Assembly: GCF_009914755.1 (NCBI RefSeq)
Contig: NC_060927.1
Strand: one strand, 5' to 3'
DNA from: the human T2T-CHM13v2.0 reference genome, Homo sapiens
Length of the DNA: 64,000 nucleotides
The position numbers and the translations under genes are program-made. Of this stretch, positions 1-16,591 are shown piece by piece. Numbering within the stretch: position 1 is the first letter of the stretch; each line of letters opens with the position of its first letter. Under the pieces are notes generated by a model. That model was not told the DNA's origin. It made no database searches and worked only from the letters and a program-made list of their open reading frames with translations.

Positions 1-1963
1 TAAAATGTGGTCACTGAGGCAGAGATTAAAGATATGCATAGGTTCAGTAATATAAATTCCAAGGCTGATCCAGCTACAGCCACCAATGAATGTCCAATCT
101 TCCAGCATCAGAGAACAACACTGAGTCTCTGACATGACACTATTCTGTAGGGTGATCAATTTGGTTGCAGGTTGATTAGTCTGGACCACTACCATCATCA
201 ACAGGGGCAGAAATTTGTTCTTACTGGAATAAAAACTTACTCTGGATAGGAATTTGCCTTTGCTGCATGAAATAATACTGCTGAAAATGCCGTCTTTCAA
301 CTTACAAAATGTCTTATCCCTAGTATTCTACCCTCCAGCATTGCTTCTGATTAAAGAACTCACTTTACAGCAAATGAAGTGCAGCAATAGACCCAGGCTC
401 GTGGAATTCACTAGTCTTATGTTCCCCACCATTCTGAAGCAGCTGGTTTGACAGAACGGTGGAATGGCCTTCTGAAGACTCAGTTACCACACCAGCTAGT
501 TGGCAAAGCCTTATAGTGCTGGGTCAATGTTCTCTAGAAAGCTGATTATGTTCTGAATTTTCATCCAATATGTGGTGCTGTTTCTCTGATAGCCAGAATT
601 CAAAAGTCCAGGAATTAAAGGGTAGAAATAGGAGTGGCATCACTCAAAATTAGCCCTAATCATCCACTGACAAAAATTTTGCTTCTCATCTCATGATTTC
701 CCATCCGCAGCAGACCTCTGCCCTGCTGGTCCAAAGGTCTTAGTCTCAAAGAGAGTAAATGCTTCACTACACTGTATGATTTCACTACACTGTAAGTTAA
801 GACTGGCACTCAGCCACTTACTACTCATGGCCCTGAATCAACAGGCAAAGAGGGATTTACTGTGCTGGCTGGGGAGACTGATGTTAATTACCAAGGGAAA
901 AAAAAAAAACAGGTTGCTATTACAAAATGAGTGTACAGAACAGTATGTGTTGGAATACAGGAGATCCATTATGGCCGCAATCTCCAACTTTTTGGCACCA
1001 GGGACCAGTTTCATAGAAGACAATTTTTCCATGAACTGGTGGAAGGGGGAGGCAGTTTCAGGATACTACTGTTCCACCTCGGATCATCGGACATTAGTTA
1101 GATTCTCATAAGGAGTGTGCAACCCAGATCCCTCGCATGTGCAGTTCACAATAGGGTTTGCGCACCTATGAGAATCTACTGCCACCGCTGATCTGACTGG
1201 AGGCGGAGCTCAGGCTGTAATGCTCCTCACCCGCCACTCACCTCCTGCTGTGCAGCCCAGTTTGGTCCATGACCTGTGGATTGGGGACCCCTGCCTTATG
1301 GCATCTTTTAGTACAGCCATGCCTATTGCCTTGAATCGGTGAAAAACTACAACAACCCAGTTCAGGCAGGATAATGGCCCAGATCCTTCAGGAATGAGAT
1401 TTGGGTCACCCCACCAGGCAAAGAGCCAAGATAAACTTAGGTGCTTGCTGAGGCCAAAATGAAAATGGAATATGTAATGTGTAGTGGAAGAAGGTAGCAA
1501 CAAATACCAGTTATGATCATATGGCCGGTTGTAGAAATGAGAATTGTGATAGTTATTGGTACTGTTTTCTCATTTTGTTATGAATACATTTGCATATATT
1601 TTAACCAAATATATTTGTTTTCTTCCCACTCTTATTCTCTTATCATCTAACATAATATAGATGTTACAGTTTTAATTACAGTTCACTTTACATCAGTTAA
1701 CTTTACATCAGTATACTTACAGTTTAATTACAGTTGACTTTACATCAGTATACTTAAGTTGCAAGATATTAAGAATAAGAGTGAATGTCACCCAAGGATT
1801 TGTGAAATAATTAGTATTCTGGGAAATAATTAGCATATTTGTATTCTACACAGGATACTTGTAACATGTTAAGTGGAAGTATGACTTTGTTACTGTCTTT
1901 ATTTGGAGATTACGTATCGTTTAAAGAGGTATGTATGAGTGCCAAATTGACAAGCAGTGGACT
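1..1963 (+). mobile_element. HERV-L/ERVL internal region, decayed: end of pol integrase, dUTPase, 3' untranslated region and PPT; interrupted by MER1B
   Basis: Broken reading frames resemble ERVL integrase (ECP..QHQRTTLS, QVD..GPLP, GQKFVLTGIKTYSG, THFTANEVQQ, HVPHHSEAAGLTERWNGLLKTQL) followed by dUTPase-like KLRL...LNQQAKR. A PPT-like CAAGCAGTGGACT directly precedes the MLT2 LTR. Many stops and frameshifts. Confidence 0.85.
975..1293 (+). mobile_element. MER1B (hAT-Charlie MITE)
   Basis: Starts CCGCAATCTCCAACTTTTTGGCACCAGGGACC and ends TTGGGGACCCCTG. 8-bp TSD CATTATGG (967-974) / CCTTATGG (1294-1301). Confidence 0.9.
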
Positions 1964-2200
1964 TGTGATGATCAGTTTTATGTGTCAACTTGACCAGGAT
2001 ATGGTCCCAGTTATTCAATCAAATACTAAATCTAAGTGTCATGTGAAAGTATTTTGTAGACATGATTAGCATCTATGATCAATTGACTCTAAATAAAGAA
2101 GATTATACTAGATAATCTGAGTGGGCTCATTTCTATCAGTTGAATTCTGCCTGTGGCCTGAGAGTTCCAGTTTGCCCTTCCTGATAGACTGCCCTAAGGT
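1964..2200 (+). mobile_element. MLT2-family LTR (3' LTR of the ERVL), 3' part eroded
   Basis: TGTGATGATCAGTTTTATGTGTCAACTTGACCAGG...CCCAGTTATTCAATCAAATACT matches the MLT2 5' end and follows the PPT. Confidence 0.85.
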
Positions 2201-2239
2201 ATACAGATACATATAGGTATACATTTGCCTACACATGAC

Positions 2240-2400
2240 TATCTCTGCAAAATGCACAAGGAACTTATATTGTTGATTGCCTTCTAGGAGGGTACTTAGT
2301 GGCTGGAAGTTGGGGGATGCAAAGCTACTTGTCACATATATCCTTTAGTAGCATTGAGTTTTGAACTATTGACTATATTACCTATTCAAAGAGTTTTAAT
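2240..2400 (+). mobile_element. Old L1ME-type 3' UTR fragment
   Basis: Ends TTTTGAACTATTGACTATATTACCTATTCAAA, resembling the L1ME 3' end. Confidence 0.5.
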
Positions 2401-3304
2401 TCCTTTATTTTTAAGAAATGTAATTCTCCAAAAGAATTGGATTCTAATTCTCACCTATTTTCTCTTCCATTTTTCATATACTCTTACATATGAAAAGTTC
2501 TTATCTATGTCCACCTAGGTAGATTGCTCCAAGAAAAGTCACTTGAACCATACAGTTTTCAAAATGTGGACTCCTTCAAGCTATACATGCCTTGAAAAGT
2601 TCAATGATCAACATAATTTTAAAAGACTTTGAAATTGTTCCAAATAATCTATCTTTGCCAAATTCACAGGCTACAAGCAGAATAAAGGAGAATTTCCCAG
2701 CTACCTATCTCATGTATGAAAATATTGTTCAGATCCACTTTGAAATGGGCAAAACATCAAAGAAACAGGTGAGTACTCAATTGCAGCCCAACAGGAAGCC
2801 CCATTATGCTATGTTACATATTTCATGTTTCCTGGGATTTGGGGGTGTCATTTGAAGCCATGTAACTTGATGGTGATGCATTGCCTAGGACCAATTTTTG
2901 CAGCGTGAAAAGGCAGATGTTGTTATAAAAAATATATACACAATTTCCATAGCAGATATCATCTCCAATTGGGATCCTTACCATAACAGATAAAACTGGC
3001 GGGAACTAGCTCTCAATCAATAAAACGACAGGAAATAAAAAGCCAACATACAAATGATACAGAGGGAGACTGAGAAACAGCCCATCACCAGCATGATACT
3101 GAAGGTTAAGACTGAGTTTATCTACTGACTGTTTGCTTCCTTTGGCATTAATTTTACTGTAAGCAGAAATGCCATGTCTGTGAATTATAGGATGGAAAAT
3201 ACGGCACTGAAGAAACTAGCTTCTGATGCTTCCAGAAGAAAATAAAAATAACAGCTCCTTTATTAGTAAGCACAGTAAAGTTTAAAAAAAAAAGAAAAGA
3301 AAAA

Positions 3305-3481
3305 GCTAGGCATTGCTGGCACATACCTGTAGTCTCAGCTACTCAGGAGGCTAAGGTGGGGAGGTCGCTCAAGCCCAGGAATTCAAAGCTGCAATGCATT
3401 ATGATTACAGCTGTTAATAGCCACTGCACTTCAGCCTGGGCAATGTAGTAAGATCCCATCTCTAAAAAATAAAACAAAATA
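3305..3481 (+). mobile_element. FAM (fossil Alu monomer)
   Basis: Single monomer that retains the 7SL-like CTGTTAATAGCCACTGCACT segment, followed by an A-rich tail. Confidence 0.75.
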
Positions 3482-3786
3482 AGATCTAGAGAGCTCAGTT
3501 CTTTCAAAGCTCTTTGAGAACAAAGTCTGTGGAAAACCGTGATAACTGCAGCCAACTATCAAGCCACTGCACAATCATCCGGGTTTTCTAGCACTATGGT
3601 GACCAAATATAAACTCTTTGCTAAAAATATAAAATCAATATGTTTTCTGTTTCATAGCCTATTAGAAAATAGGTAAGACCCTCGTAAGCAAGGCACAAAA
3701 CCAAGAAGCCATAGAGGAAAATATTAACAGATTCAAGTACATCAAAATATTGACAGTCAAAAAATCCATAAAACAAAATAAAGTTC

Positions 3787-4692
3787 GGAAGGGGAGCCAA
3801 GATGGCCGAATAGGAACAGCTCCGGTCTACAGCTCCCAGCGTGAGTGAGGCAGAATACAGGTGATTTCTGCATTTCCATCTGAGGCACTGGGTTCATCTC
3901 ACTAAGGAGTGCCAGACACTGGGCACAGGTCAGTGGGTGCGCACACCGTGCACGAGCCAAAGCAGGGCGAGGCATTGCCTCACCTGGGAAGCGCAAGGGG
4001 TCAGGGAGTTCCCTTTCCGAGTCAAAGAAAGGGGTGACGGACGCACCTGGAAAATCGGGTCACTCCCACCCGAATACTGCGCTTTTCCGACGGGCTTAAG
4101 AAACGGCGCACCACGAGATTATATCCCTCACCTGGCTCGGAGGGTCCTACGCCCACGGAGTCTCGCTGATTGCTAGCACAGCAGTCTGAGATCAAACTGC
4201 AAGGCGGCAGCGAGGCGGGGGGAGGGGCGCCCGCCATTGCCCAGGCTTGATTAGGTAAACAAAGCAGCCAGGAAGCTCCAACTGGGCGGAGCCCACCACA
4301 GCTCAAGGAGGCCTGCCTGCCTCTGTAGGCTCCACCTCTGGGGGCAGGGCACAGACAAACAAAAAGACAGCAGTAACCTCTGCAGACTTAAATGTCCCTG
4401 TCTGACAGCTTTGAAGAGAGCAGTGGTTCTCCCAGCACGCAGCTGGAGATCTGAGAACGGGCAGACTGCCTCCTCAAGTGGGTCCCTGACCCCTGACCCC
4501 TGAGCAGCCTAACTGGGAAGCACCCCCCAGCAGGGGCACACTGACACCTCACACAGCAGGGTATTCCAACAGACCTGCAGCTGAGGGTCCTGTCTGTTAG
4601 AAGGAAAACTAACAAACAGAAAGGACATCCACACCAAAAACCCATCTGTACATCACCATCATCAAAGACCAAAAGTAGATAAAACCACAAAG
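3787..4692 (+). promoter_or_regulatory. L1 5' UTR internal Pol II sense promoter and antisense promoter, CpG-rich
   Basis: YY1 site AAGATGGCC is intact at 3799-3807 and many CpGs are retained. Function is established for this region of primate L1. Confidence 0.85.
4022..4237 (-). CDS. L1 ORF0 (71 aa, intact)
   Basis: MAGAPPPASLPPCSLISDCCASNQRDSVGVGPSEPGEGYNLVVRRFLSPSEKRSIRVGVTRFSRCVRHPFL*, with the ATG at 4237-4235. Matches the known primate ORF0. Confidence 0.85.
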   Translation of the reverse strand: MAGAPPPASLPPCSLISDCCASNQRDSVGVGPSEPGEGYNLVVRRFLSPSEKRSIRVGVTRFSRCVRHPFL

Positions 4693-5708
4693 ATGGGGAA
4701 AAAACAGAACAGAAAAACTGGAAACTCTAAAAAGCAGAGCACCTCTCCTCCTCCAAAGGAACGCAGTTCCTCACCAGCAACGGAACAAAGCTGGATGGAG
4801 AATGACTTTGACAAGCTGAGAGAAGAAGGCTTCAGACGATCAAATTACTCTGAGCTACGGGAGGACATTCAAACCAAAGGCAAAGAAGTTGAAAACTTTG
4901 AAAAAATTTAGAAGAATGTATAACTAGAATAACCAATACAGAGAAGTGCTTAAAGGAGCTGATGGAGCTGAAAACCAAGGCTCGAGAACTACATGAAGAA
5001 TGCAGAAGCCTCAGGAGCCGATGCGATCAACTGGAAGAAAGGGTATCAGCGATGGAAGATGAAATGAATGAAATGAAGTGAGAAGGGAAGTTTAGAGAAA
5101 AAAGAATAAAAAGAAATGAGCAAAGCCTCCAAGAAATATGGGACTATGTGAAAAGACCAAATCTGCGTCTGATTGGTGTACCTGAAAGTGATGGGGAGAA
5201 TGGAACCAAGTTGGAAAACACTCTGCAGGATATTATCCAGGAGAACTTCCCCAATCTAGCAAGGCAGGCCAACATTCAGATTCAGGAAATACAGAGAACA
5301 CCACAAAGATACTCCTCGAGAAGAGCAACTCCAAGACACATAATTGTCAGATTCACCAAAGTTGAAATGAAGGAAAAAATGTTAAGGGCAGCCAGACAGA
5401 AAGGTCGGGTTACCCTCAAAGGGAAGCCCATCAGACTAACAGCGGATCTCTCGGCAGAAACTCTACAAGCCAGAAGAGAGTGGGGGCCAATATTCAACAT
5501 TCTTAAAGACAAGAATTTTCAACCCAGAATTTCATATCCAGCCAAACTAAGCTTCATAAGTGAAGGAGAAATAAAATACTTTACAGACAAGCAAATGCTG
5601 AGAGATTTTGTCACCACCAGGCCTGCCCTAAAAGAGCTCCTGAAGGAAGCGCTAAACATGGAAAGGAACAACCAATACCAGCCGCTGCAAAATCATGCCA
5701 AAATGTAA
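4693..5708 (+). pseudogene. L1 ORF1 (p40), disrupted
   Basis: Starts MGKKQNRKTGNSKKQ. The A-run at 4901-4906 has 6 A instead of 7, a frameshift giving TAG at 4909-4911. There is also a CGA>TGA stop at 5079-5081. The C-terminal part is open to ...NHAKM*. Confidence 0.93.
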
Positions 5709-5756
5709 AGACCATCAAGACTAGGAAGAAACTGCATCAACTAATGAGCAAAATAA

Positions 5757-9599
<3,843 letters not shown>

Positions 9600-10727
9600 A
9601 CAATGAGATCACACGGACACAGGAAAGGGAATATCACACTCTGGGGACTGTTGTGGGGTGGGAGCAGGGGGGAGGGATAGCATTGGGAGATATACCTAAT
9701 GCTAGATGATGAGTTAGTGGGTGCAGTGCACCAGCATGGCACATGTACACATATGTAACTAACCTGCACCATGTGCACATGTACCCTAAAACTTAAAGTA
9801 TAATAAAAAAATAAAAATAAAAAATAAAGTTCACAAGCAAGTGAAAAACACAGGTAAAATGCTTGTAATTCATATAGTAAACAAATTAAAAATATGTTGA
9901 ATAAATTAACAATATGTTGAATAAATGAGCTCCTAAAAAGCTATTTAAAAAGGCACCCCAAACAAGAATCAGCAAAGTATAGGCACAGGTAATTCATAGG
10001 AAAGGAAATAAAAATGGCCAATAAGTGCTTGAAAAGATGTTTAATATAACATTAGTAATCAAGAAAAAATAAACCAAAACAACAAGGATATTTCATTCCC
10101 CCGCAATCAGGCTGAAAAATATTAAAATGTTATGATTCTCAATGTTGACAAGGGTGAGGACGAATGAGTACTGTACTCTGTGGTTGTGTGAGGATAAATT
10201 AGTATAGCCCTTATGAAGAACAATTTAGGAGCATTATCAAATATTAAAATGTGAATTCCACTTGACTTAGTAATTCCACTTCTAAGAACGTCTCCTGGAG
10301 ACATAATCATTCTTAGATATGCACAGTAACAGTGTTTTTCATAGTTTAAAAAATGAAAATGATGGTCTATCACTAAGGAAAGTAGTTAAATGTATTATGA
10401 GACATCCATACCTTGGACATCTATGCAGATAATTCTTAAAAATTGAAATAGACCCACATGTACAGACATAGAAAAATTTTAAGACATAATATTTTAAAAG
10501 CAAGTCAAAATTATAATACACATAAAATAGATTTATGCATATATGCATATATGCATATATTATGTGGATCTATAAATACATGGGGGAAGGTTTGAAATTA
10601 TAGACACCCAACAGTTAACAGTGTTTCTTCTAGGAAGGAGAATAGAATGGGGGACAGAAAATGAACTAAGAGCTTTCACTTTAACTCTTCATCCTTCTAT
10701 GCCATCTACATCTTAATTTTTGTAATA

Positions 10728-11184
10728 TGCTATAATAAACCAAATGGTGCCCTCATAGACATAAGTCCTGTGACACACGTCCATTTGGCCAGGCTATCGT
10801 ACTCAGTTATTATTCATAAACGCTACTCTATGTGTTGCTATAGAAGTGTTCCACAGACATCGTTAAGATTTAGTTAGTTGACTTTAATTATCTTCAATAA
10901 TGTGGATGAGCCTTATTCAATCAGTTAAAGGCTTGAGAAAAAAACTGAGGTTTCCCAGAGAAGAAGAGATTCTGCCACAAGACGGAAACATCAATTCCTG
11001 CCTGAGTTGCCAGCCTGCAGGCCTGTCCTACAGATTTTGGACTTACCAACCCCCACAATCATGTAAGTCAATTATTTAAAATATGTGTGTGTGTGTGCAC
11101 GCGCACACACACACACACATATACATATAGGAAGTGTATATATAATATATATACCATACTTTCTATATGCATATATAGGAAATA

Positions 11185-11220
<36 letters not shown>

Positions 11221-11659
11221 CTACTAATTCAATTTCTCTAGAGAACCCAGATTGATACAAATAAACATCATCTTGAAATAAAAAAATCATCCTGTACGGA
11301 GAGCCCTAAATGTCATTTCAAGCATCCTTACAAGAGCAAGGCAGAGGGAGATTAGATGGACACACATAGGAGAAGACAAAGAGGCAGAGATTGGGGTGAT
11401 GTATCCAGAAGCCCAGTTACGCCAGCAGCCACCAGAAGCTGGAAATGGCAAGGAACAAGCTCTCCCCTAAATCCTCTGGTGGGAGTAGCCCTGCTGACAC
11501 TTCTATTTTGGCCCAGTGAAACTGATTTTAAACTTCTGATTTTACACTGATTTAAACTCTTCATGGCTCCTCCAAAACTATGAGAAAATCAACCTCTGCT
11601 GTTTTAAGACAGCAAGTTTGTTGTAACTTGTTACAGTGTCAACAGGAAACTCATATACA
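10728..11659 (+). mobile_element. MLT1 (C/E-like) solo LTR, interrupted by an MLT2 LTR
   Basis: MaLR motifs GAGCCCTAAAT, CAGCAGCCACCAGAAGCTGGA and the end GGAAACTCATATACA. A short putative 5' part precedes 10769. Confidence 0.7.
10769..11259 (+). mobile_element. MLT2 (D-like) solo LTR with an internal (TG)n/(CA)n microsatellite
   Basis: GAGGTTTCCCAGAGAAGAAGAGATTCTGCC, CAGATTTTGGACTTACCAACCCCCACAATCATGT, and end TTTCTCTAGAGAACCCAGATTGATACA. Confidence 0.8.
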
Positions 11660-11739
11660 TGCATATTTCATGTAGCACTTGTGTAAAAATATAATAATCC
11701 AAAACTTCCTCATGACTAGGGAAATTATCATGGTCTCAC

Positions 11740-12375
11740 AGAAAGAATGAGATCTTTGGATTCAGAGAGACTTGAGTTCTGATATCATACACCATCACTA
11801 GCTACATGGCTTCAGGAAAAGCACTTAAACACTGAGTCTCAGTTTCTTCACCCATGAAATGGGTAATAATACCTACTGTGGTAGGCAAAGCAACGGCTCC
11901 CAAAGATGTTCACATTTTAATCCCCAGAATGGGTTAATATGTGACTTTACAGGCTAAAGGAACTTTGCAGATGTGATACAGTTAAGGATACAGGGGACCA
12001 GTGTAATCACAGTGGTCCTCATAAGAGGGAGAAAAGGAGGCTCAGAGAAGACGTGGCAATGGAAGCAGAGGTCAAAGAACAAGAGATGTGGAGATGCTAT
12101 GTTGTGAGCTTTAAAAATGAGGGAAGGAACTGTAAGCCACGGAATACAGGCAACCTGTAGAAGCTGAAAGAGGCAAAGAAACAAATTTGCCCCTAGATCC
12201 TCCAGAAGCCTCTGCCAAAACCTTGATTTTAGCCCAGTGAAATCCATTTCTAACCTCTAAGGCTATACGGTAATAAATTTAGGTTGTTTTAGGCCACTAA
12301 ACTTGTGGTAATTTTTTGCAGCAGCAATAGGAAACTAACATACCTTTTTACAGAGCTATCATGAGATTAAAAGTA
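11740..12375 (+). mobile_element. MIR split by an MLT1D-like LTR (11877-12342)
   Basis: MIR core GAGTCTCAGTTTCTTCACCCATGAAATGGGTAATAATACCTAC, then LTR TGTGGTAGGC...GGAAACTAACATA, then MIR resumes (CAGAGCTATCATGAGATTAAA). Confidence 0.8.
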
Positions 12376-12899
12376 TTCTTTTAATTATGGCAACATTTAT
12401 TAATAGAAAGGCTATTTTTAAAAATGATTCTGAGAAATGAGTTACCTATAAATAAACTATCTCTGTAAGCCAAAAATGTTCATATTCAATCATTCCAATT
12501 TTCACAAGTCTTAACTACAGGGTTCATTTTTGTGTATCCAGTTCTCCAGATGTGGAGGAGATTTGCTTCTCAAATGTTCCCACAGGGTTAAATAAATTTT
12601 TTAAATATTTTGTTTCCTGACTTACTGACCTTGAAGTCTGCATTCAAATAAGACATTTGGCCAAGAAAACTGAATGACCTCTGTGAATTCTTCAGTTTTT
12701 ATCAGAAGGACACAGACCCAAAGTTTCTTTCTTTTTGTAGTGAAGGTTTGCCAAGTTTTCCTTGAAAAATTACCTTAGTTTTGTCCAAGAAGCCAGTATC
12801 TCTCAAACTCCACGAGAGTTCATGTGAACTCTAGCAAGATGCAGTAAAATATCCATTATAACATCTGCCTATACATAATTTTTCCATTCCCTAGTCTCA

Positions 12900-13960
12900 T
12901 TTGAAGCATCAGTTGGCTCATTTCCCATCTGGACCTTATAGTCAGTTATCAACAATGCCCTCCCTTGCCCTAGACCCCTCTTCTCTAGACCTTCTACTGT
13001 ACTTTATTGCCAGTCACAGCTCTGGAGAAACTCCCCTGCCTACCAGTTGGGCACCTTCTTTCTGCCCAGAGAGCTTTACCAATCTTAGCCTCATAACTCA
13101 CCATTTGGATATACGGTCCACCATAAAATCAGACTACCATCAGCAAGACCCACAGAGCTTAGCTGTTTATCTTGTCTTGTGTTTTTCTTTCATTAATTTT
13201 CCATAGCAGGTGCCACAACTATTCAAAATCATTTCTCCTCTACTAAGCCCTTAAACATTCACTCCATCCTCATTCTCTCAGCAAATACATTTACCTCTGA
13301 GTTTTCACTCTTAAGGTTAGGACAATCTAGCAAGCTCTTTCCCTTCTTTGTACTCTGCCTGAAAAAGGCATGGCTGGTCAAGGCCTTCTTCCTTTCAACT
13401 TTCTGACCTCACTCTCCTCTCACACCTCCACTAACCACGTTTTCTCTCTTCTACACCATTATGTTCCTTTACATTTACCATTTTACTGAGCCTATAAATG
13501 TCCTCAAGTTTTTTCCGTTCTTCAATCACCTTTACCTCTTCCTTTCTCAAAAATATCTAAATTTATTGCCTCTACTTCTTTTTCTGCAGCTAATATTTAT
13601 TAAATGTTTCTTGTGGGTCCAAGACTGAGCTAAGTTTTATAGGCATTATCACATTTATTCCTCCTGAGGTAGGTACTGTCATAAGTTCACTGGTAAAAAT
13701 GAGGAAAGTGACTTGGAAAGTTTCAGGAACTCATCAGAAAGAGCTAGTAAATGACAGGATGTAGAACTGGACCCAGACCAGCTAACTGCAAATGACTGTG
13801 CTAACCACCCAGCTACACTGTCTCTTCCCTGATTGCCCTTTTCCTTCTCAACCCCTTGTGGTCTGACCCTGCTCTTCCCACTCTGCTGAAACTGTTCCAT
13901 TAATGAATTCTTTATTCCAAAAGCCAGTAGGTTCTCATCAGGTTTTTCCTGGTTCTCATT
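12900..13960. mobile_element. Degenerate L2 fragments plus a MIR (about 13590-13820, minus strand)
   Basis: Pyrimidine-rich L2-like text, plus MIR motifs AATGAGGAAAGTGA and GAGCTAGTAAATGACAG. Confidence 0.5.
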
Positions 13961-14518
13961 GAAATGGCCATTTGCTCACCTGACTTTAGGGAGGCTGCAG
14001 CCTATGATTTCCTTCTTCTCTGATTTCTCTAACTCTGCCTCTTCTAGATCTTTTTCCTGCTCAGGTCTGTTATTTTCTTCTTTATTTTTATATTCTTGCC
14101 TTTTACTGGCAGCCACTCCCAATAATTCAAAACCCAGCCCTATTTAAAGGACTCCTTTAGTAATTCAGCAGCAATTTGTTGAGGATTTCCCCTTCTGGTC
14201 CTGAAATGTTTAAGCTGACAAACATGGAAGCTATTCCAGGACTTGGCTGTGGTTTGCCAGCTACCACCTGGTGAAGGTAATGTAGCTAAATACACTGTGA
14301 CAGCTTTGAAGGTTCTGAAAGGTGCATGAAACACAGGCACTAGGAAGGCTGCTCTCTTTTAAGCTTTCAATTTAGGAAAGCATCTCCTTTTCTCTACATG
14401 TAAAGTGGAAGTAAGACCATCAACTCACATCAGCAGCATGTGGAAAGTCTAGAGCATGATAGCTGCTCTAGAGCAACAACAGATGTTCAAACAACAGGAC
14501 CAAGTAAATGCATACATT

Positions 14519-14580
14519 ACATATATATATATATATATATATATGCATTGCTATATGCATTGCAATACACACACACACAT
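14519..14580. repeat. (AT)n and (CA)n microsatellites
   Basis: Read directly from the sequence. Confidence 0.9.
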
Positions 14581-15241
14581 GCAAATCATAAAGGAAGAAG
14601 TAAAGGACCAACAATGGATGTTCAAACACCAAACCCAAGTAAAATGCTCCTGTTCAGCCTAATTAGCCCTCATCACTTACAAGGTTACTTACATAATGTG
14701 ATGCTGTTTTCTGTCTGGCTCCTCTTTCAGTTTTTATTTATGTTAAATTTGGTGGATATTTTGTATGCTTTCTCAGGTTAAGCAAACCTAGCTGAAACAT
14801 GTTTTCTGGCAAATGTTTCAGATAACACCCAATGGACTGACTCCAATAAATTGTACTAAGCCAAACTGTAACAAAGTGATGTTTATTTATTAAGTTGGTG
14901 AGCAGTTTTATCTGCTCATTTTGCATTAAGGGCCTTAATTCTCCTCTTCTGGTTCATGAGAAAACAACAACATAAGCCCCTTAGGCGCCAACAGGAAGAG
15001 AACCCTCAGCCCATCATCCAAAAATATTCTCAAAAATGTCCAGGCCTTTTCTTTTCTAGAGCACCCCTCAGCTGTCATTGAAAGATTCTCACAGATGTGG
15101 TACTGGTGTTGGCCACAGAAAGCAAAATGAGGTGAAGAAGGTCAAAGGTATGCACATTCAAGCTTTATTGGTTCTATCCCTTCCTGAGCTTTGGCAATGC
15201 CCTCCATTGTCATCAAAATGCATTTATTAACTTCCCTTTGT

Positions 15242-15273
<32 letters not shown>

Positions 15274-15552
15274 GAGACGGAGTCTCACTCTGTTGCCCAG
15301 GCTGGAATGCAGTGGCACAATCTTGGCTCACTGCAACCACTGCCGCCAAGTTCAAGCGATTCTCCTGCCTCAGCCTCCCGAGTAGCTGGGATTAAAGGCA
15401 CCTGCCATCGCGCCTGGCTAATTTTTGTAGTTTTTAGTAGAGAGGGGGTTTCACCATATTTGCCAGGCTGGTCTTGAACTCCTGACCTCGTGATCCACTG
15501 CCTTGGCCTCCCAAAGTGCTGGAATTACAGGTGTGAGCCACCACACCCAGCC
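15242..15552 (-). mobile_element. AluS
   Basis: Full Alu dimer on the minus strand, TSD CTTCCCTTTGT. Confidence 0.93.
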
Positions 15553-15863
15553 TTCCCTTTGTATTTCTAACAACCTTAGTTTTTACAAAAGAAATTACAG
15601 GAGGCCACATGGCCACCAATCCTTCTATTTTTTTCACTATGCTTGTAGAAACCATGGACAAAGGGGTTTATAGGCAGTTTTCTCACATGCACTCTAAATT
15701 TGGAAATCAGAAAATTAAGTCCACCTTCTGAAATTTAAGCTAATTAAATCAACACATAATGGGAGGAGACAGAAAGTCTGTTTGTCCCTATAGAAAGACT
15801 TACTCTTGTAAAAACAGCTTGCTAGCTTTTTCAGTAGTAAGAACATATCTAAAGGAAGAATGT

Positions 15864-16591
<728 letters not shown>

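Noticed and set aside
12630-12864. Minus-strand exon-like segment ending AAG|GTCAGT
   Set aside because: Stops in all three frames and a weak acceptor. It cannot be supported, although a non-coding exon is not excluded.
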